Assembly (NCBI GenBank): GCA_013152795.1
Contig: JAADFS010000192.1
Coordinates: 1 to 34,561, forward strand
DNA length: 34,561 nt
Reading direction: 5' to 3'
DNA from: Deferribacteres bacterium
GTDB lineage: Bacteria > Nitrospirota > Thermodesulfovibrionia > UBA6902
In this document: piece after piece, positions 8,161 to 17,339 of the stretch
Position numbering within the stretch: the stretch's first letter is position 1
How the letters are laid out: every line of letters starts with the position of its first letter
The notes under the pieces: generated by a model
Told to the model about the DNA's origin: nothing
What the model saw: only the letters and a program-made list of their open reading frames with translations
The model's database searches: none
Position numbers and translations under genes: made by a program

Positions 8161-10359
8161 TTAGAACATCGGTTCCATCTCAAGCGCCGGATGCCCGACA
8201 CTTGCAAGATATTCCAGAAGCTTTTCAGAATCTTCCGCGATAGTCTCATCCGCAATCTTATCCATTAAATCAGGCACCCCCTCTTCCTCGCACCTCTTTT
8301 TGAAATCCTCGGCGATTCTCTCCTTGAGATTCTTTGTCATCCAGACTATTCTCCTGATTCCGCCGTCTGCATAGAGGAACTTGCGGCTTGTAATGAAATT
8401 CACCCCTATCCCCATAAAACCGGGGTTCTGCGTGCCTCCACCGACTGTACCGGCCAGTGTGGAGAATTTCATTCCAACAGGGGTCATGCCTGTATGGCCT
8501 CTCTGCACGAGCATTACCCCGTTGGCCTCAGGGATAATTGCAACGATACACTCAAAACAGCCGCAGGATGTCATGGGATTATCCATGATTGTGTACAGAT
8601 TGAGCGATTCAACCGCACCCGCGGAATTGGCCTTGAGGTATTCATCAACACCGGCCCACCTGCCTGCCTTGGCGTCCAGCACCTCGCCCTTCTTTATGGG
8701 CTGGTTGCCGCCTGTGGGGTCTATCTCGAAGGCGGCCTTTGTGTCCAGCCAGTTGTAAGCGCCGCACAGACCCAGGCGCTCCGGGCTTATAACGCATACG
8801 TGGGACGGCGCGAACGACTGGCACAGGAGGCAGGAGTAATAGGTATCCACTGATTCGTCCGTGAGGCCGGCAAGCCTGTGGTCCCTTTCCTTGTAGACGG
8901 CCCTTGCCTGTTCCTGGAGTTCGAGGACGTCCTTTTCATCGAAATAAAGTGTGACCTGGACCTTATCGACAATCGCCTTGAACCTGTTGTGTGTCATGGT
9001 GTTGTGTATTATGCCGATATGCTCCAGCGTGATGCCGTCCTTGTACGCCTGTTTGCTGATTCTCATCCATACGATGTCGCGTTGTCCCATGTGCCACAGG
9101 CCCTGTGCTTCGTTTATGTTATGATGGAGCTTTCTCTCGATAATGGCCTCAAAGTCCTTCTGCATCTTCCGGCCTGCAACGTCTATGACAATCCCGAGCG
9201 GCATCTGCCCGCCGGCCTTGTATCTCTCTTCTATATCAGTGCCCACAAGCACTACTTTGCCGTCTTCGATCTCATCCATTTCCCTTGTTCTTACCCATTC
9301 AAATGCAGGTGTGCGGTTGCCGCCGAACTCTATGAACATGTCTTCTTTCCTGATCCTCTCGCCCTCGAATGCAGGGCCGTAGGAGACGGGGATAGGCGGT
9401 TTCTCAACCGTTACCTTAAGCCCTCTGACCTCAAAGGCCCTCTGTACGATCTTGCTGTGGTCGAGTTCTTTTTCGACATGCTCGTAGGTGCATACCCCTG
9501 TCGGGTGGATGACCGGGACATCGGTATCGCATATTGCGGGGTATCCCATATTGATGGCTCCGGCACCCGTGGACCACTTGACGTCGTCAAGCTCGCCCAG
9601 GACAAGGGCGAAAGCAAAGACCCTGTCTTTTGTATATTTCAGATGCGCCTTGTAATCCCCGGGCTTGTTGCCGCCGAAGATCAGGGACGCCCTGATGGAC
9701 CAGTCGAGCGCATAGAGTGTATGTTCTGTTTTCGTGCCGAGAGGGACGATATATGTATCCCAGCCGAGCTCGACATTCTTCCTCAGAAGTTGCCTCGTGA
9801 CGCTGTCGCCTCCCGATTCCCCGGAGAGGAATATGAGGATGTTCTTTTCCTGCAGTTCCCTCACGATTTTCACCGCGGTTTCATCATCAGGGGCCGCGCC
9901 GATGATGGCTGCAAAACCCGGCATCCTGCCGTCAACAAGCTGGATGCCCAGGTTTCTCTGAATGGTGTCCGTGATGAAGCCGTTGTATACATAACCTGTT
10001 TCAGGGTCTGTATCCGGCTCAAGCCCCTCAATATATCTCAGGGCCAGTATGATCTCCTCGCAGAAAAGGGTTGCCATGCCCGAATCCAGGGCCTCTCCGA
10101 GATATGGTTTCCAGAGCTTTTCCTCCGGCTCCTCGTGCAGCATCTCCCTTGCCATTTCCAGGGCAACCTTCATGTCGGCAAGTGTCTTGACAGGGAATGC
10201 CGTCATTGCATACACCAGCGGAAGGTAAAAAGCAGTGTCCGGAAACTCAAACACGAAGTCCTTTCCTTTTTCCGCAATCGCCTTATCAAGCATCTCCTCC
10301 GCCGTCCTGAAGAGACTGTGTGAAGCCCTTATTGCAGCAGAGGCAATTATCTTTGACAT
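8161..10359 (-). CDS. acsB: Acetyl-CoA synthase (bacterial-type, 732 aa)
   Basis: FPDTAFYLP N-terminal domain, GPAFEGERIRK, A-cluster ligands CLLCQSFAPSHVC..GLCG and TSCGCFEC. Confidence 0.97.
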   Translation of the reverse strand: MSKIIASAAIRASHSLFRTAEEMLDKAIAEKGKDFVFEFPDTAFYLPLVYAMTAFPVKTLADMKVALEMAREMLHEEPEEKLWKPYLGEALDSGMATLFCEEIILALRYIEGLEPDTDPETGYVYNGFITDTIQRNLGIQLVDGRMPGFAAIIGAAPDDETAVKIVRELQEKNILIFLSGESGGDSVTRQLLRKNVELGWDTYIVPLGTKTEHTLYALDWSIRASLIFGGNKPGDYKAHLKYTKDRVFAFALVLGELDDVKWSTGAGAINMGYPAICDTDVPVIHPTGVCTYEHVEKELDHSKIVQRAFEVRGLKVTVEKPPIPVSYGPAFEGERIRKEDMFIEFGGNRTPAFEWVRTREMDEIEDGKVVLVGTDIEERYKAGGQMPLGIVIDVAGRKMQKDFEAIIERKLHHNINEAQGLWHMGQRDIVWMRISKQAYKDGITLEHIGIIHNTMTHNRFKAIVDKVQVTLYFDEKDVLELQEQARAVYKERDHRLAGLTDESVDTYYSCLLCQSFAPSHVCVISPERLGLCGAYNWLDTKAAFEIDPTGGNQPIKKGEVLDAKAGRWAGVDEYLKANSAGAVESLNLYTIMDNPMTSCGCFECIVAIIPEANGVMLVQRGHTGMTPVGMKFSTLAGTVGGGTQNPGFMGIGVNFITSRKFLYADGGIRRIVWMTKNLKERIAEDFKKRCEEEGVPDLMDKIADETIAEDSEKLLEYLASVGHPALEMEPMF

Positions 10360-10406
10360 TTCAACCTCCTAAACGGTAATTATATGTACGGTAATAAATC
10401 TCCTGC

Positions 10407-10835
10407 CTAATGGCGCTTCCTGCACTTCCGGCATAAGCCGTAAAACTCGATACTGTTGCCGAGCAATTCAAATCCGTGTGTGAGCTCTTCCGGCACGTCC
10501 AGCTTGAAATCCGTGTGCAGATCGAGAATCTTCTTGCACTTAATGCACAAAATATGGTGGTGTTTGGTGGTGTCCGGGTCATATCTTTTCTTGCCGGAAT
10601 CTATCTTGAGCTCCTTCACGCGTTGTTTGTTTTTCAGCGCCTCAAGCGTGTTGTAAACCGTTGCAAAAGACATTGTGGGATAGTGTTTCAGCACCGCCTT
10701 GTAAATGTCTTCGGCAGACGGATGCGACTTGTTGCCCCTCAGAAAATTCAGTATGGCAAGCCGCTGGGGCGTTAATTTAATCTGAAGTCGTCTGAATTCT
10801 TTCATGGTTTTGATTTTTCTTCTGTCATTCCTCAA
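10407..10835 (-). CDS. Fur-family transcriptional regulator, PerR-like (start TTG 10835 or ATG 10805)
   Basis: LTPQRLAIL, HPSAEDIY, SFATVYNTL, HHHILCIKC and C-terminal CRKC structural Zn pairs. Confidence 0.92.
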   Translation of the reverse strand: MRNDRRKIKTMKEFRRLQIKLTPQRLAILNFLRGNKSHPSAEDIYKAVLKHYPTMSFATVYNTLEALKNKQRVKELKIDSGKKRYDPDTTKHHHILCIKCKKILDLHTDFKLDVPEELTHGFELLGNSIEFYGLCRKCRKRH

Positions 10836-10897
10836 CTTCTCCGGGGGTCGTTTTTCCGGCAGGGATTACCGGTGTGCTCCCGCCTCCGGGAATGACA
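10823..10897. repeat. REP-like inverted repeat element in the fur leader
   Basis: TGTCATTCC (10823-10831) and GGAATGACA (10889-10897) are perfect inverted ends; the right arm reads TCCCGCCTCCGGGAATGAC. Confidence 0.5.
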
Positions 10898-10920
10898 CGT
10901 TCTTAAGTACTCAAATTAGT

Positions 10921-10935
10921 TAATAATAATTATTA
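10921..10935. promoter_or_regulatory. Fur/Per-type 7-1-7 operator
   Basis: Perfect TAATAAT-A-ATTATTA palindrome just downstream of the predicted promoter and upstream of the Fur-family gene. Confidence 0.7.
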
Positions 10936-10954
10936 GTTAATAAAACGTCATAAT

Positions 10955-10983
10955 ATCTTACAGATGTCCGCCCCCCCTGTCAA
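10955..10983 (-). promoter_or_regulatory. Sigma70-type promoter for the fur-acsB-cooS unit
   Basis: Minus strand TTGACA (10983-10978), 17-nt spacer, TAAGAT (10960-10955). Confidence 0.7.
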
Positions 10984-11081
10984 ACAGGCTGCACATAAAT
11001 AAACCCTCCAGGGGCGTAAAAATACCGCCCGCGGGCGGGAGGGAGGGCCTGCAGCGTTCAGGCAACATCAGGCCAGAAAAC

Positions 11082-12422
11082 CTATGCACGGTTTTTCAGA
11101 AAAGTCGGAATGGCGTTCGCCTCCCTCGGGCCGACCGTTATCTTCCATCCCTCGAGCTTGTCCTCGAGCGCGCCGCTGAGGATTGCAACCTGACCCGGCA
11201 GGATAAGCTCCTTGTGGCTGATCTGGTTCTCCACCCCGCTTTCCTTTATGAACTGCGCGATCTTTGCGGCCGTGAACTTACCGGCAGCCCAGGCAGTCAG
11301 AACGGAAAGACCCTCGCAGTCCATTACGGCAAGCCGTGCCGGCACCCGGCTGTTTTCAATCTCACCCGATACAATGAAATAGGTGAGCGAGAAATTCGTT
11401 GTAATCATAAGCGGTGAATCCGGACCCGGCTCTCCGATTTCGTAAATCTTCTGCTCCACCTGCATCGGCACCTGCGGGTCGGTGTAGAGATTCTGCCTCA
11501 GCGTGAAGAGCGCGAGATTCTTCCACTTTTCAATACTGCCGAGTATGACTATTGAGGCGTATTTGGCGATTGCCACAGAGGCAATGGATGCCTCGAAAAG
11601 GGGATCATCCCTCAACACGCTGTTTATCACCGGATATCCGAGCGGTTTGAAGTTCTTCTTAAGCGCAGAACGCCTGATCTGCGTATTGTGCTCTATGATC
11701 TCCCTTGCCGTCTTTGCGCCGGAGTCAAGTACGATATCCTCCACGCCGAGCCCCTTGATCTTTTCAGTGAGCACCGAGAGGGCCTCCGGACCCTGCGCGC
11801 ATGCAACAAGGGGAACACCGTGAGCCTTTGCAACAGCGGCCATGGCTTCGGCGTTTCCGTCATCAGCTCCGTAGATCAGCGGCTTTCTCTCTGCAACGGC
11901 CTTTACGGCGGCCTCGGCCGCAGCGACATCCTTGCAGTTCAGTATGATGGCCGCCTCCGGCGCCTTCTCCGCCACAAGCCTTACGGCAGCCTCATATCTG
12001 GCGGCGTCGCCCGAAGCATATTCCACGGATATGGCATCAACCCTCAGTTTCTGCCCCACCCGGTCGATTTCGGAAGAGGCCACTTCGGATGCCTTTTCCG
12101 CAAGTTCGCCGTCGCTTAAGCTGTCTTTAACATTAAGCGCCAGGGCACAGGGATTGATGAACTTCTTCTCATGCCTGAACAGAACGGTCTCTCCGCCCAG
12201 CTTTACAGCCTTTTCCCCGGTGCCGAGCTCGAATGACCTTATGGGCGGCGCCGACGCCTCGCCGAGGGTTTTCTTTGCCTCCTCCGACACATCAGGACAC
12301 GCTGAAAGCTCCACGCCTCCCTGCGCGAGTTTCATTGCAAAGGCCAGACATGTGGGAAATCCGCATTTCTTGCAGTTTGTCTTCGGAAGAAGCTTAAATA
12401 TCTGAATTCCGGTTAATGCCAT
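11082..12422 (-). CDS. acsC: Corrinoid iron-sulfur protein large subunit
   Basis: LPKTNCKKCGFPTCLAFA [4Fe-4S] domain, GGETVLFRHEK, YTDPQVP, TTNFSLTYF, GLSVLTAWAAGKF, GPREA. Confidence 0.97.
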   Translation of the reverse strand: MALTGIQIFKLLPKTNCKKCGFPTCLAFAMKLAQGGVELSACPDVSEEAKKTLGEASAPPIRSFELGTGEKAVKLGGETVLFRHEKKFINPCALALNVKDSLSDGELAEKASEVASSEIDRVGQKLRVDAISVEYASGDAARYEAAVRLVAEKAPEAAIILNCKDVAAAEAAVKAVAERKPLIYGADDGNAEAMAAVAKAHGVPLVACAQGPEALSVLTEKIKGLGVEDIVLDSGAKTAREIIEHNTQIRRSALKKNFKPLGYPVINSVLRDDPLFEASIASVAIAKYASIVILGSIEKWKNLALFTLRQNLYTDPQVPMQVEQKIYEIGEPGPDSPLMITTNFSLTYFIVSGEIENSRVPARLAVMDCEGLSVLTAWAAGKFTAAKIAQFIKESGVENQISHKELILPGQVAILSGALEDKLEGWKITVGPREANAIPTFLKNRA

Positions 12423-12442
12423 TGTTTACCTCCATATTTTGC

Positions 12443-13384
12443 TCAAACCAGTTCACCGATGGTCTTTTCAACGGTCTCTATCGCCGCAGGATGCCTCATG
12501 ATAAGGAGGTTTGTCCCGGCCAGAAGCATCGCCGTTGCGGTAATCGCCTCCCAGGCAATGCCCCTCTCACGGAGCGCCCCCCATTCAGGAACATCCGCTT
12601 CCGGGGCAACGGTCTCCTTTATCTTCCAGACATACATGCCGACATCCCCGAGTATCGGAGGCTGCATGGTCGGATCATTCTGGGCAAGCGCGGCAAGCCG
12701 TATCCTCTCCATCACTGAATAGGTATACTCCAGGCCGTACCCGAGCGCAGAGCACATCGGGTCTGTAATGAGCTTTTCTTTGCTGAAACCCATCTGGGTT
12801 ATCAGGATGTTCAACTGTTTTGCAAGATTGATGTCAAGCTCCGACATTGCTATCAGTTTATGATTATGCGCGAGGGCCGCGGCCACTATGGTTTTGTAAT
12901 TGCCCTCCTGGGCCTTTCCGATTATGCAGTTGTACCCGCTTGCAGCCTCGGCTGCGGCAACCAGCACCGTGGAGTCCTTTTCAATGTGGTTGGAGCCGAG
13001 TATGACAAGGGGCACATCAACAGCCGCCAGCACATCCTTGACGGTCTTGGCGGCATCCTCGGCAGACCTGTCGTCCCTGTCTGGATGGGTGCTCAGAAGC
13101 CTGAGCGCAATGGCCTTTGCATTCAGGACATCCTGGCAGTGTTTGGCCCATGCAACAGGATCGCCGCTTACATCCTTGTATGCCTCTTTTACTGTATCCG
13201 GCCAGTCATCGGGCGGACAGTCCTGAATCTCATAGGCAATCACGGGCTTGTTGGGCTGTTGTCCTTCAAAGGACAGGAACGGAAGGGTGTTTTCACCGCC
13301 TACTGTAACCGCCCTGTCGTCTTTGCCGAAATCAAAGCTTAGGACTTTACCGGTATATGACTCCTTAGGAATAACGTAAGACAT
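12443..13384 (-). CDS. acsD: Corrinoid iron-sulfur protein small subunit
   Basis: VGGENTLPF, DINLAKQLN, LGYGLEYTYSVMERIRLAAL, MRHP motifs. Confidence 0.96.
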   Translation of the reverse strand: MSYVIPKESYTGKVLSFDFGKDDRAVTVGGENTLPFLSFEGQQPNKPVIAYEIQDCPPDDWPDTVKEAYKDVSGDPVAWAKHCQDVLNAKAIALRLLSTHPDRDDRSAEDAAKTVKDVLAAVDVPLVILGSNHIEKDSTVLVAAAEAASGYNCIIGKAQEGNYKTIVAAALAHNHKLIAMSELDINLAKQLNILITQMGFSKEKLITDPMCSALGYGLEYTYSVMERIRLAALAQNDPTMQPPILGDVGMYVWKIKETVAPEADVPEWGALRERGIAWEAITATAMLLAGTNLLIMRHPAAIETVEKTIGELV

Positions 13385-13442
13385 ATTGACCTCCGTAAAA
13401 AGATTTGCTCAGGAAACAGACGCTGCTGCATTGAGCCTTTCA

Positions 13443-14231
13443 TTACATCTCCAGGTACGAGTGCGCATAAAGTGTATTTCCGAGAAAGATGTCCGTTGTC
13501 TTGAGCACATCCATAAGATCTTTGTCAAGAGGGTTCATGATCGCCGCTGAAAGACCCTCGTACATAAGCAGTGTCAGGTATACCCTGTCTATCAGGCTTC
13601 TCATCTCCTTCGGCACGCCGTTTGATACATTACTCAGCCCCACAACCGTTTTCATCGGGGGGTCATTCAGTTCCTGGAACATCTTCACGGCCTTGATGGC
13701 ATGGATGGCCTGATCCTGCATTGTGCAGACCTGGAGAATCAGCGGATCAAGGAAAAGATCTTCCATCGGCACGCCGTATTCAGCGGCCCTGGCCATAATC
13801 TCGGCGGCTATCCCGCATCTTTCCTCCGCGTCGGCAGGCAGGCTGCCCTTTCCGAGGGTCAGGGCGATACACTGCGCATTGTGTTTCGCCGCCATCTCGA
13901 GCATGACAAACCTGTCCGGCTCATTTGACGTGGAGTTGATAAGGGGCCTTCCCCATTCATTGTTATGCACCTGCAGGCCCGCCTCAAGCGCGGCCGCATT
14001 GGTGGTATCCAGGCACAGGGGGGCCTGCACCACCTGCTGTATGCTCTCGACCATCCACTTCATGAGGTCTTCGCCGTTTTCCTCGGCAGGACCTATATTT
14101 ACGTCTATGAAGTGTGCGCCTGCCTTCCACTGGGCTGCGGCAAGCTCCTGGATGGGTTTGGGGTCGCGGGCATTCATCGCCTCCCTGACCTTTTTCGCTA
14201 TAACGCTGATTTTTTCACCTATAATTATCAT
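13443..14231 (-). CDS. acsE: Methyltetrahydrofolate:corrinoid Fe-S protein methyltransferase
   Basis: Pterin-binding TIM barrel (MIIIGEKI, IDVN, LCLDTT, INS, DPL, GLSNVSNG), 262 aa, adjacent to acsD/acsC. Confidence 0.92.
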   Translation of the reverse strand: MIIIGEKISVIAKKVREAMNARDPKPIQELAAAQWKAGAHFIDVNIGPAEENGEDLMKWMVESIQQVVQAPLCLDTTNAAALEAGLQVHNNEWGRPLINSTSNEPDRFVMLEMAAKHNAQCIALTLGKGSLPADAEERCGIAAEIMARAAEYGVPMEDLFLDPLILQVCTMQDQAIHAIKAVKMFQELNDPPMKTVVGLSNVSNGVPKEMRSLIDRVYLTLLMYEGLSAAIMNPLDKDLMDVLKTTDIFLGNTLYAHSYLEM

Positions 14232-14294
14232 TCTTCCGTTCTCCTTAATTGGGTTTTAAATCCTGCAGTTGAGAACTGACAACCTGAAGCAAAG

Positions 14295-14312
14295 TTGTGA
14301 ATTATAACATAA
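14295..14312 (-). promoter_or_regulatory. Extended -10 promoter for acsE overlapped by a weak Rex-like box
   Basis: Minus strand TG-T-TATAAT (14309-14301). The plus strand reads TTGTGAA-TTAT-AACATAA, versus the Rex consensus TTGTGAA-N4-TTCACAA. Confidence 0.4.
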
Positions 14313-14444
14313 GTGGGAAGGAAAATATGTGCAATTATTTGGTAATAAGAATTTTAAATAAGAAGTCAGGGGCGGCACGGCGGTGCCGTTACGGGGGGCG
14401 CAGCGGAGTTGAAGTTTTCCGCCGGTATCAGACATAATATTGCC

Positions 14445-15605
14445 ATGAATCCCACGTTCAGGAAGGTCTATTCGGAAATCCAGGGCGGAATGAAGCTCTC
14501 CAAGTGCCGGAAATGCGGCTGCATGAGGGGAACGCTGGAGAATCTCAGGGCATCCCTGCCCTTGCTGAAAATCAAGGATGCAAAGGAACTTCTCCGGCAT
14601 GTGAATGAATGGCTCGGGCAGCTTGAACCGCTCGAATACCCGTGTTTCGGGTGCAAATACTGCATTCCGCCGGAGGCCATGACCAGGCTCACTGCAAAAT
14701 ACCCGGCCCTTGCATCAGCCAGTCTGTCAGGCTGCGGGATGACGGTGAATAATGATTCCTGGCCGCCTGTGGAAGGCGAGTATACTGTGCTGGACGCATC
14801 AGCTCCGGTGGCCGTCTCCACCCTCTCAAGCGTCAAACTCGAGGAAAAGCTGGCCAGGCTCAGGCCCGAAGGTCTCTGCATAGTCGGCAAGACAGAGACG
14901 GAAAACATCGGAATCGACAAAATAGTGAAAAACGTCACTTCCAATCCCGCCATCACCTCCCTGATCCTGGCGGGAAAAGACACCGAGGGGCACCAGAGCG
15001 GGAAAACTCTCCTGGCACTTTGGGAAAACGGGGTGGACGAAAACATGCGCGTGATCGGTTCAAACGGCAGGCGTCCCATACTCAAGAATGTAACCCGCTC
15101 GGATGTGGAAAAATTCAGAAAACAGATACACATAGAAGACCAGATAGGCTGTGAAAACACCCGGACGTTAGCCAGGAAAATCCGGGAAATGTCCCGGAAG
15201 GCCGCTGCAGCGGCGGGTGCTTCCTCTTGCGGATGCCACGGTGACTGCGGCACACCGGCTGTTGCCGTATCAATGCCCTCCCTGTCCGTTGCAAAGGTCG
15301 GTTCTTCAGAAGTTCCCGTGATTACGGCGAAAAAACACAGAAAATCAGCGGTCAGGCTTGACAGCGCGGGGTATTTCGTGATCCTGCCGTCTGAGAAGGA
15401 TAAATCCATCCTGGTGGAGCACTATTCCTATGACAATAAGCTGCTCAGGAAGATCAAAGGCAAAAACAGCCGGGATATTTATTTTACGATTATCAATAAT
15501 AAATGGGTTACAGAGTTAAGCCATGCGGCATACCTGGGGAAAGAACTCGCAAGGGCTGAATTATCCATCAGGGAAGGATTCAAATTTGTTCAGGACGGGG
15601 CATAG
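14445..15605 (+). CDS. Soluble MtrA-like putative corrinoid protein with N-terminal Cys-rich domain and C-terminal DUF4346-like domain
   Basis: WPPVEGEY..., [43 protein letters not shown] matches the MtrA domain including the cobamide His. C-terminal LDSAGYFVI...[18 protein letters not shown] is DUF4346-like. N-terminal CRKCGC and CFGCKYC. Start taken as ATG 14445. Confidence 0.8.
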   Translation: MNPTFRKVYSEIQGGMKLSKCRKCGCMRGTLENLRASLPLLKIKDAKELLRHVNEWLGQLEPLEYPCFGCKYCIPPEAMTRLTAKYPALASASLSGCGMTVNNDSWPPVEGEYTVLDASAPVAVSTLSSVKLEEKLARLRPEGLCIVGKTETENIGIDKIVKNVTSNPAITSLILAGKDTEGHQSGKTLLALWENGVDENMRVIGSNGRRPILKNVTRSDVEKFRKQIHIEDQIGCENTRTLARKIREMSRKAAAAAGASSCGCHGDCGTPAVAVSMPSLSVAKVGSSEVPVITAKKHRKSAVRLDSAGYFVILPSEKDKSILVEHYSYDNKLLRKIKGKNSRDIYFTIINNKWVTELSHAAYLGKELARAELSIREGFKFVQDGA

Positions 15606-16363
15606 TGGGAAAGGTAACGGCAGTAGCCAACCAGAAGGGGGGCGTTGGAAAGACTACTTCGGCGATTAATCTGGGCGCATCCCTTGCAGGTGAGGGGAAG
15701 CGTGTCCTGCTCATTGATTCCGACCCCCAGGGCAACTCAACAAGCGGCCTCGGCATTGACAAGGAAAACATCAACGGCAGTCTCTATGACCTGTACACCG
15801 GCGCGAAACGCATAGAAAGGATCATCCGCCGGACAGACGTGGAGCGTCTTGAGATCATATCATCGAATATCGAGCTTATAGGCGCCGAGCTTGAGCTTTC
15901 CTCAAGAGAGGGCAGGGAGACGATTCTGAGGCGCGCCCTTGAGCCGGTCAAATACCGGTATGATTACATCTTTATCGACTGCCCGCCTTCGCTGAGCCTG
16001 CTGACACTGAATGCCCTTGTTGCAGCGGACGGCCTCCTCATTCCCATGCAGTGTGAATATTATGCGCTTGAAGGGATCAGCATGCTTCTGAGAACCTTCA
16101 ATATGGTGAAAAGCTCGCTGAATCCCTCCCTTGAGATAGAAGGGATACTGATCACAATGTTTGACGGGAGGATCACCCTCGCCAACCAGGTGACGGATGA
16201 GTTGAGGAGGCATTTCGGCGACAAGGTCTACAGGACGATCATCCCCAGGAATGTCACCCTTGCCGAGGCCCCGAGCCACGGCAAACCGGTTATAATGTAT
16301 GATATACACTCAAAAGGCGCCCGGAGTTACCTGGAGCTTGCAAAGGAGATAATAGGTCAATGA
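15605..16363 (+). CDS. parA: Chromosome partitioning ATPase ParA/Soj
   Basis: [48 protein letters not shown]. Confidence 0.96.
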   Translation: MGKVTAVANQKGGVGKTTSAINLGASLAGEGKRVLLIDSDPQGNSTSGLGIDKENINGSLYDLYTGAKRIERIIRRTDVERLEIISSNIELIGAELELSSREGRETILRRALEPVKYRYDYIFIDCPPSLSLLTLNALVAADGLLIPMQCEYYALEGISMLLRTFNMVKSSLNPSLEIEGILITMFDGRITLANQVTDELRRHFGDKVYRTIIPRNVTLAEAPSHGKPVIMYDIHSKGARSYLELAKEIIGQ

Positions 16364-17196
16364 AGCCCGCACTCGGAAAAGGCCTCTCCGCCCTGATCCC
16401 CGGGACAGGAAAAGGGAAGGCAAAGGAGATACTGGAAATAGACCCGGCGAATATCGTGCCCAACAAATACCAGCCGAGGAGGATATTCAGGGACGAGACC
16501 CTGAATGAACTCGTGGCCTCGATAAAGGAAAAGGGCGTGATCCAGCCTGTAATCGTGAGAAAGACGGACGGCGGCTCATACCAGTTGATTGCAGGCGAGC
16601 GGAGGTGGAGGGCCGCCAGGATGGCGGGGCTGTCCGGTATTCCGGCCATTGTCAAGGAAGCCGCCCCTTCCGAGGTGCTTGAACTCGCACTGATAGAAAA
16701 CATCCAGAGGGAGGACCTCAACCCCCTTGAGGCCGCAGAGGCCTTTCAGAGGCTGATAGACGATTTCAACCTCACCCATGACGACCTGTCCGCAAGGGTC
16801 GGCAAAGACAGGGCCACAGTGACCAATTACCTGAGGATACTGAAACTGCCTGCCGAGATCAAGCAGTGGATCGCCGAAGGCTCCCTGAGCATAGGCCATG
16901 CCAAGGCACTGCTGCGCGTTGACAACCGGCGACTTCAGATCAGCATGGCAAAGAGGATCATACGTGACGGCCTGAGCGTAAGGCAGGCCGAGGCATTAAG
17001 CAAAAAAAGCGCTGTTGTCTCACGGCCCAAACCAGCGGCCAGGGACCCGCAGATTGCCTCCCTTGAGGAAAAGCTCGTGCAGAGCCTCGGTACAAAAGTC
17101 CGCCTGATCCACAAATCGAACAAAAAGGGAAAGATAGAGATAGAGTACTATTCCCTTGAGGAGCTCGACAGGCTCCTTGAAATCCTCATAAACTGA
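16360..17196 (+). CDS. parB: Chromosome partitioning protein ParB/Spo0J
   Basis: [41 protein letters not shown]; ATGA overlap with parA. Confidence 0.96.
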   Translation: MKPALGKGLSALIPGTGKGKAKEILEIDPANIVPNKYQPRRIFRDETLNELVASIKEKGVIQPVIVRKTDGGSYQLIAGERRWRAARMAGLSGIPAIVKEAAPSEVLELALIENIQREDLNPLEAAEAFQRLIDDFNLTHDDLSARVGKDRATVTNYLRILKLPAEIKQWIAEGSLSIGHAKALLRVDNRRLQISMAKRIIRDGLSVRQAEALSKKSAVVSRPKPAARDPQIASLEEKLVQSLGTKVRLIHKSNKKGKIEIEYYSLEELDRLLEILIN

Positions 17197-17339
17197 AGCC
17201 TCTTTTCTACCCAAAAGAGAGTTGCATCAGCCCCGATTGTGTGTTAACATTTTTATACACACAGAAAGCAATTTCCCATTACTATACCTTGACTAAACCC
17301 CGTTGGAATGCTCTGCCGGACTTTCTGACGGGTAATTTA

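Noticed and set aside
8878-10323. 481-aa plus-strand ORF and other long antisense ORFs (e.g. 6719-7475, 14468-15409, 24991-25728)
   Set aside because: They are shadows of well-supported genes on the opposite strand and have no recognisable motifs.
11082-12422. hgcA mercury methylase
   Set aside because: Full-length AcsC with N-terminal Fe-S domain, no NVWCAAGK cap helix and no transmembrane tail.
14445-15605. Methanogen-type Na+-pumping Mtr complex
   Set aside because: Only an MtrA-like domain without a membrane anchor; no other mtr subunits nearby.
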